64,000 nt of DNA from an uncultured delta proteobacterium (lineage in GTDB: Bacteria > Desulfobacterota > Desulfomonilia > UBA1062): contig CAVVYZ010000015.1 in assembly GCA_963752595.1 (NCBI GenBank), forward strand, positions 96,001 through 160,000. The letters run 5' to 3'. The notes under the pieces were generated by a model. That model saw nothing but the letters and a program-made list of their open reading frames with translations. It ran no database searches and was not told the origin of the DNA. Both the position numbers and the translations under genes were made by a program. Shown here piece by piece: positions 61,764 through 64,000 of this stretch (positions are counted from its first letter, which is position 1; each line of letters opens with the position of its first letter).

Positions 61764-62222
61764 ATGGATCAGGAGAGTTTTATTGTTCTGTGTCCCCATT
61801 GCGGGACCAAGAACCGGATTCCGTTACAGAGGATGAGCAATAAGGCTCGTTGCGGCAAGTGCCGCCAATCATTGATCACAAAAGCTTCTGCATCGCGTTT
61901 CTCTCACCCCGTCGATGTATCGGATATGAGTTTCCAGCAGGAGGTGTTGAGCTATCCCGGTACGGTGCTTGTCGATTTCTGGGCGCCATGGTGTGGGCAT
62001 TGCAAAACAATAGCACCTGTCGTCGATGAATTGGCAGGAGAGTATTCGGGCAGGCTCAAAGTGGCAAAACTCAATGTGGAGGCCAATCCCGGAATTGCAT
62101 CACAGTTCGATATCCGTTCTGTGCCGAGCATGCTTTTTTTTAAAAACGGGAAACTGGTGGATTCGATAGCCGGTGCTCTGCCGAAAAATGAGTTAAGGAG
62201 ACACATTCAGGCCATAGTGTAA
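61764..62222 (+). CDS. trxC: Thioredoxin 2 with N-terminal zinc finger
   Basis: CPHC...NR...CGKC zinc site; VDFWAPWCGHC; cis-Pro motif IRSVP. Confidence 0.9.
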   Translation: MDQESFIVLCPHCGTKNRIPLQRMSNKARCGKCRQSLITKASASRFSHPVDVSDMSFQQEVLSYPGTVLVDFWAPWCGHCKTIAPVVDELAGEYSGRLKVAKLNVEANPGIASQFDIRSVPSMLFFKNGKLVDSIAGALPKNELRRHIQAIV

Positions 62223-62475
62223 CAGATCGGTTACATGGCGGCTGACGATCCTTCTTTTACGATTACCGGATGCCTTTGGCGGGCATTTCATTCTTGCCTT
62301 CTCCTCGGATACATGCCAAATAATTCGCCGTGATCGTTTGGAGATAATCCTTGGGGAGAAAGGGCATTGAATTTCATACTCAAGTCCCGGCACCCCGTGT
62401 TCGATCACATAAAGAAGAAAGGCCTCAGGGACAGGAACTCCCATATAAGAAAATGCAACCAGGCGTGATAACTCC

Positions 62476-63300
62476 ATGAATAGAGATGCTCGATCAAACG
62501 ATACAAGAGGGAATCCAAGGCTTCGGCTTCTCAGCTACAATATTCAGGTTGGAATTACCGCCACTCGGTACCGGGATTATATTTTTCAGAGCTGGAAGCA
62601 TTTTCTGCCGTACCGTAACCGCATGAACAACCTTCAACGGATTGCCCGGATGATCAAGGATTTTGATGTGGTTGGGCTCCAGGAGCTGGACAGCGGGTCT
62701 CTACGAAGCGGGTTCATCAACCACGCCGAGTACCTGGCAAAGCTGGCAGAGTTTCCCCACTGGTATGACAAGACAAACCGCACCCTGTGGAAGGTTGCGC
62801 GGCACAGCATGGGGTTGTTGAGCAAATACGCGCCGATACGGATCAGCAGGCATAACCTTCCGGCAAGGGTGCCCGGCCGGAGTGCACTCATGGCCCATTT
62901 CGGGAATCAGGAGGACCCTCTTGTTCTGGTTCTCGCACACCTTTCCTTGAGCAGGAAGGCCAGGATCATGCAGATGGAATACGTGAGCGAACTCATCCGT
63001 GATTACAACCATGTAATCCTTATGGGTGATCTGAACTGCGGATGCGACAGCAAAGAACTCTCTACACTCCTCGAAGATACACACCTTCGCATGCCGTACT
63101 CAGATCTCCTGACCTATCCGAGCTGGAAGCCCAGAAAGCATGTAGACCATATTCTGCTGTCCCCAACGATTGAGATCGACTCCGTACGGGTGCTCAATTG
63201 CACCATCTCGGATCATCTCCCCATAGCCATGGAGATTTCGCTTCCGGAGAACGTCTTTCTTCCCATTGGAGGGAGATACGGAAAGACCAAGGCTGCATAA
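62476..63300 (+). CDS. Endonuclease/exonuclease/phosphatase-family protein
   Basis: LSYNIQ, GLQE, HLSL, MGDLN, TYPS, DHIL, SDHLP. Confidence 0.92.
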   Translation: MNRDARSNDTRGNPRLRLLSYNIQVGITATRYRDYIFQSWKHFLPYRNRMNNLQRIARMIKDFDVVGLQELDSGSLRSGFINHAEYLAKLAEFPHWYDKTNRTLWKVARHSMGLLSKYAPIRISRHNLPARVPGRSALMAHFGNQEDPLVLVLAHLSLSRKARIMQMEYVSELIRDYNHVILMGDLNCGCDSKELSTLLEDTHLRMPYSDLLTYPSWKPRKHVDHILLSPTIEIDSVRVLNCTISDHLPIAMEISLPENVFLPIGGRYGKTKAA

Positions 63301-63355
63301 GTTTTCATCGTTTTAAGGTATGCCGGTAACCTGGAAACACTAATGATAAGGATCC

Positions 63356-64000
63356 TTATCTGACGTCAAAGCCTTCAAAAAGCCTTTTGCATTGCTCAAC
63401 CAAAGGCACTGCCATCCAGTCTTTCATGGAGTCGGTATGGGAGGCCTCGCTGTGTTGTCCCAGTGTCTCAAGCTTGGAGAGCCAGAGGGGATTGTACGGC
63501 AACAGCTCTACCTTTGCGATGCCCAGTCCTTTGAGAAACCGTGCAATGGAAAGCAGGTTTTCATGCGTTGCCGTAATCCCGGGAACTAGTGGAATCCTCG
63601 GCAGGAGTTCTATTCCTGCATCGATGCAAGCCCTGCTGAGATCTGCAAAATTCTTCAGGATTCTGGTATTCGAAACGCCGCAGTAGCGTTTGTGCTCTTC
63701 CGCGCCAAAGAGCTTGATGTCATAGTAAATAATATCAAGGTATGGGGAGAGAGACGTAAGAAACCTCTCATAGTCAAAGAGCCCGCAGGTTTCCAGCAGG
63801 GTGCTGATTCCCATGGCTTTTGCCCTTTGCAGGAATCTGGATGCAAAATCCATATACAGCGTGGGCTCGCCTCCCGAGAGGGTGATCCCTCCACCGGAGG
63901 CCTGGAAGAAGGGAAGGTCTTTTTCAATTTCGAACATGAGTTCATCAAGGCCCCAGAACCTGCCGACCTGTGATAAGGCACCGCCCGGACAGGCATCCGT
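63356..64000 (-). CDS. Glycyl-radical enzyme activating protein (radical SAM), 5'-partial
   Basis: Frame is open to the window edge (DACPGGAL ferredoxin-like insert), then SGGGITLSGGEP, LETCG, YDIK, RIPLVPG, LLPYN. Confidence 0.9.
   Translation of the reverse strand, partial: TDACPGGALSQVGRFWGLDELMFEIEKDLPFFQASGGGITLSGGEPTLYMDFASRFLQRAKAMGISTLLETCGLFDYERFLTSLSPYLDIIYYDIKLFGAEEHKRYCGVSNTRILKNFADLSRACIDAGIELLPRIPLVPGITATHENLLSIARFLKGLGIAKVELLPYNPLWLSKLETLGQHSEASHTDSMKDWMAVPLVEQCKRLFEGFDVR

Noticed and set aside
1-64000. CRISPR arrays, tRNA/rRNA genes, prophage or integrase
   Set aside because: No regularly spaced repeats, cloverleaf/T-loop signatures or phage genes were seen by eye; a tRNAscan/Infernal run would be needed to exclude small RNAs fully.

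Overview
A 64 kb, ~50-55% GC chromosomal stretch that reads like an anaerobic deltaproteobacterium (Desulfobacterota/Syntrophia-like; this assignment is an inference from gene content). It is mostly housekeeping and metabolic: recB (5'-partial) and recD, glgX plus a stand-alone CBM48 protein, nnr, a group III phosphofructokinase with pyrophosphate-type motifs, xni, a cyclophilin, mdh, metF, galE, prc, cutA, trxC, several PAS/GAF hybrid kinases, HDOD and HD-GYP proteins, an acyl-CoA cluster and a 5'-partial glycyl-radical activase at the right edge. I saw no rRNA, tRNA, CRISPR array or prophage. The only mobile element is a ~370 bp internally deleted IS200/IS605 remnant. Two genes carry tight clusters of single-base indels that look like long-read consensus errors. 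The most unusual part is the 7.8-13 kb accessory block: a PEP-CTERM protein, a candidate sigma54-driven operon pairing a cytochrome P460-family lipoprotein with a NOX/ferric-reductase-like flavocytochrome, an MfnB (methanofuran furan synthase) homologue lacking both catalytic lysines, and a short DUF6160-like secreted protein. Other items worth checking are two structured intergenic regions flanking nnr, a possible -1 frameshift cassette, a tandem 16-bp palindromic operator, a TrxC with a PDI-like CGHC site and an unannotated ABC binding-protein relic. All family assignments come from motifs recognised by eye; no searches were run.
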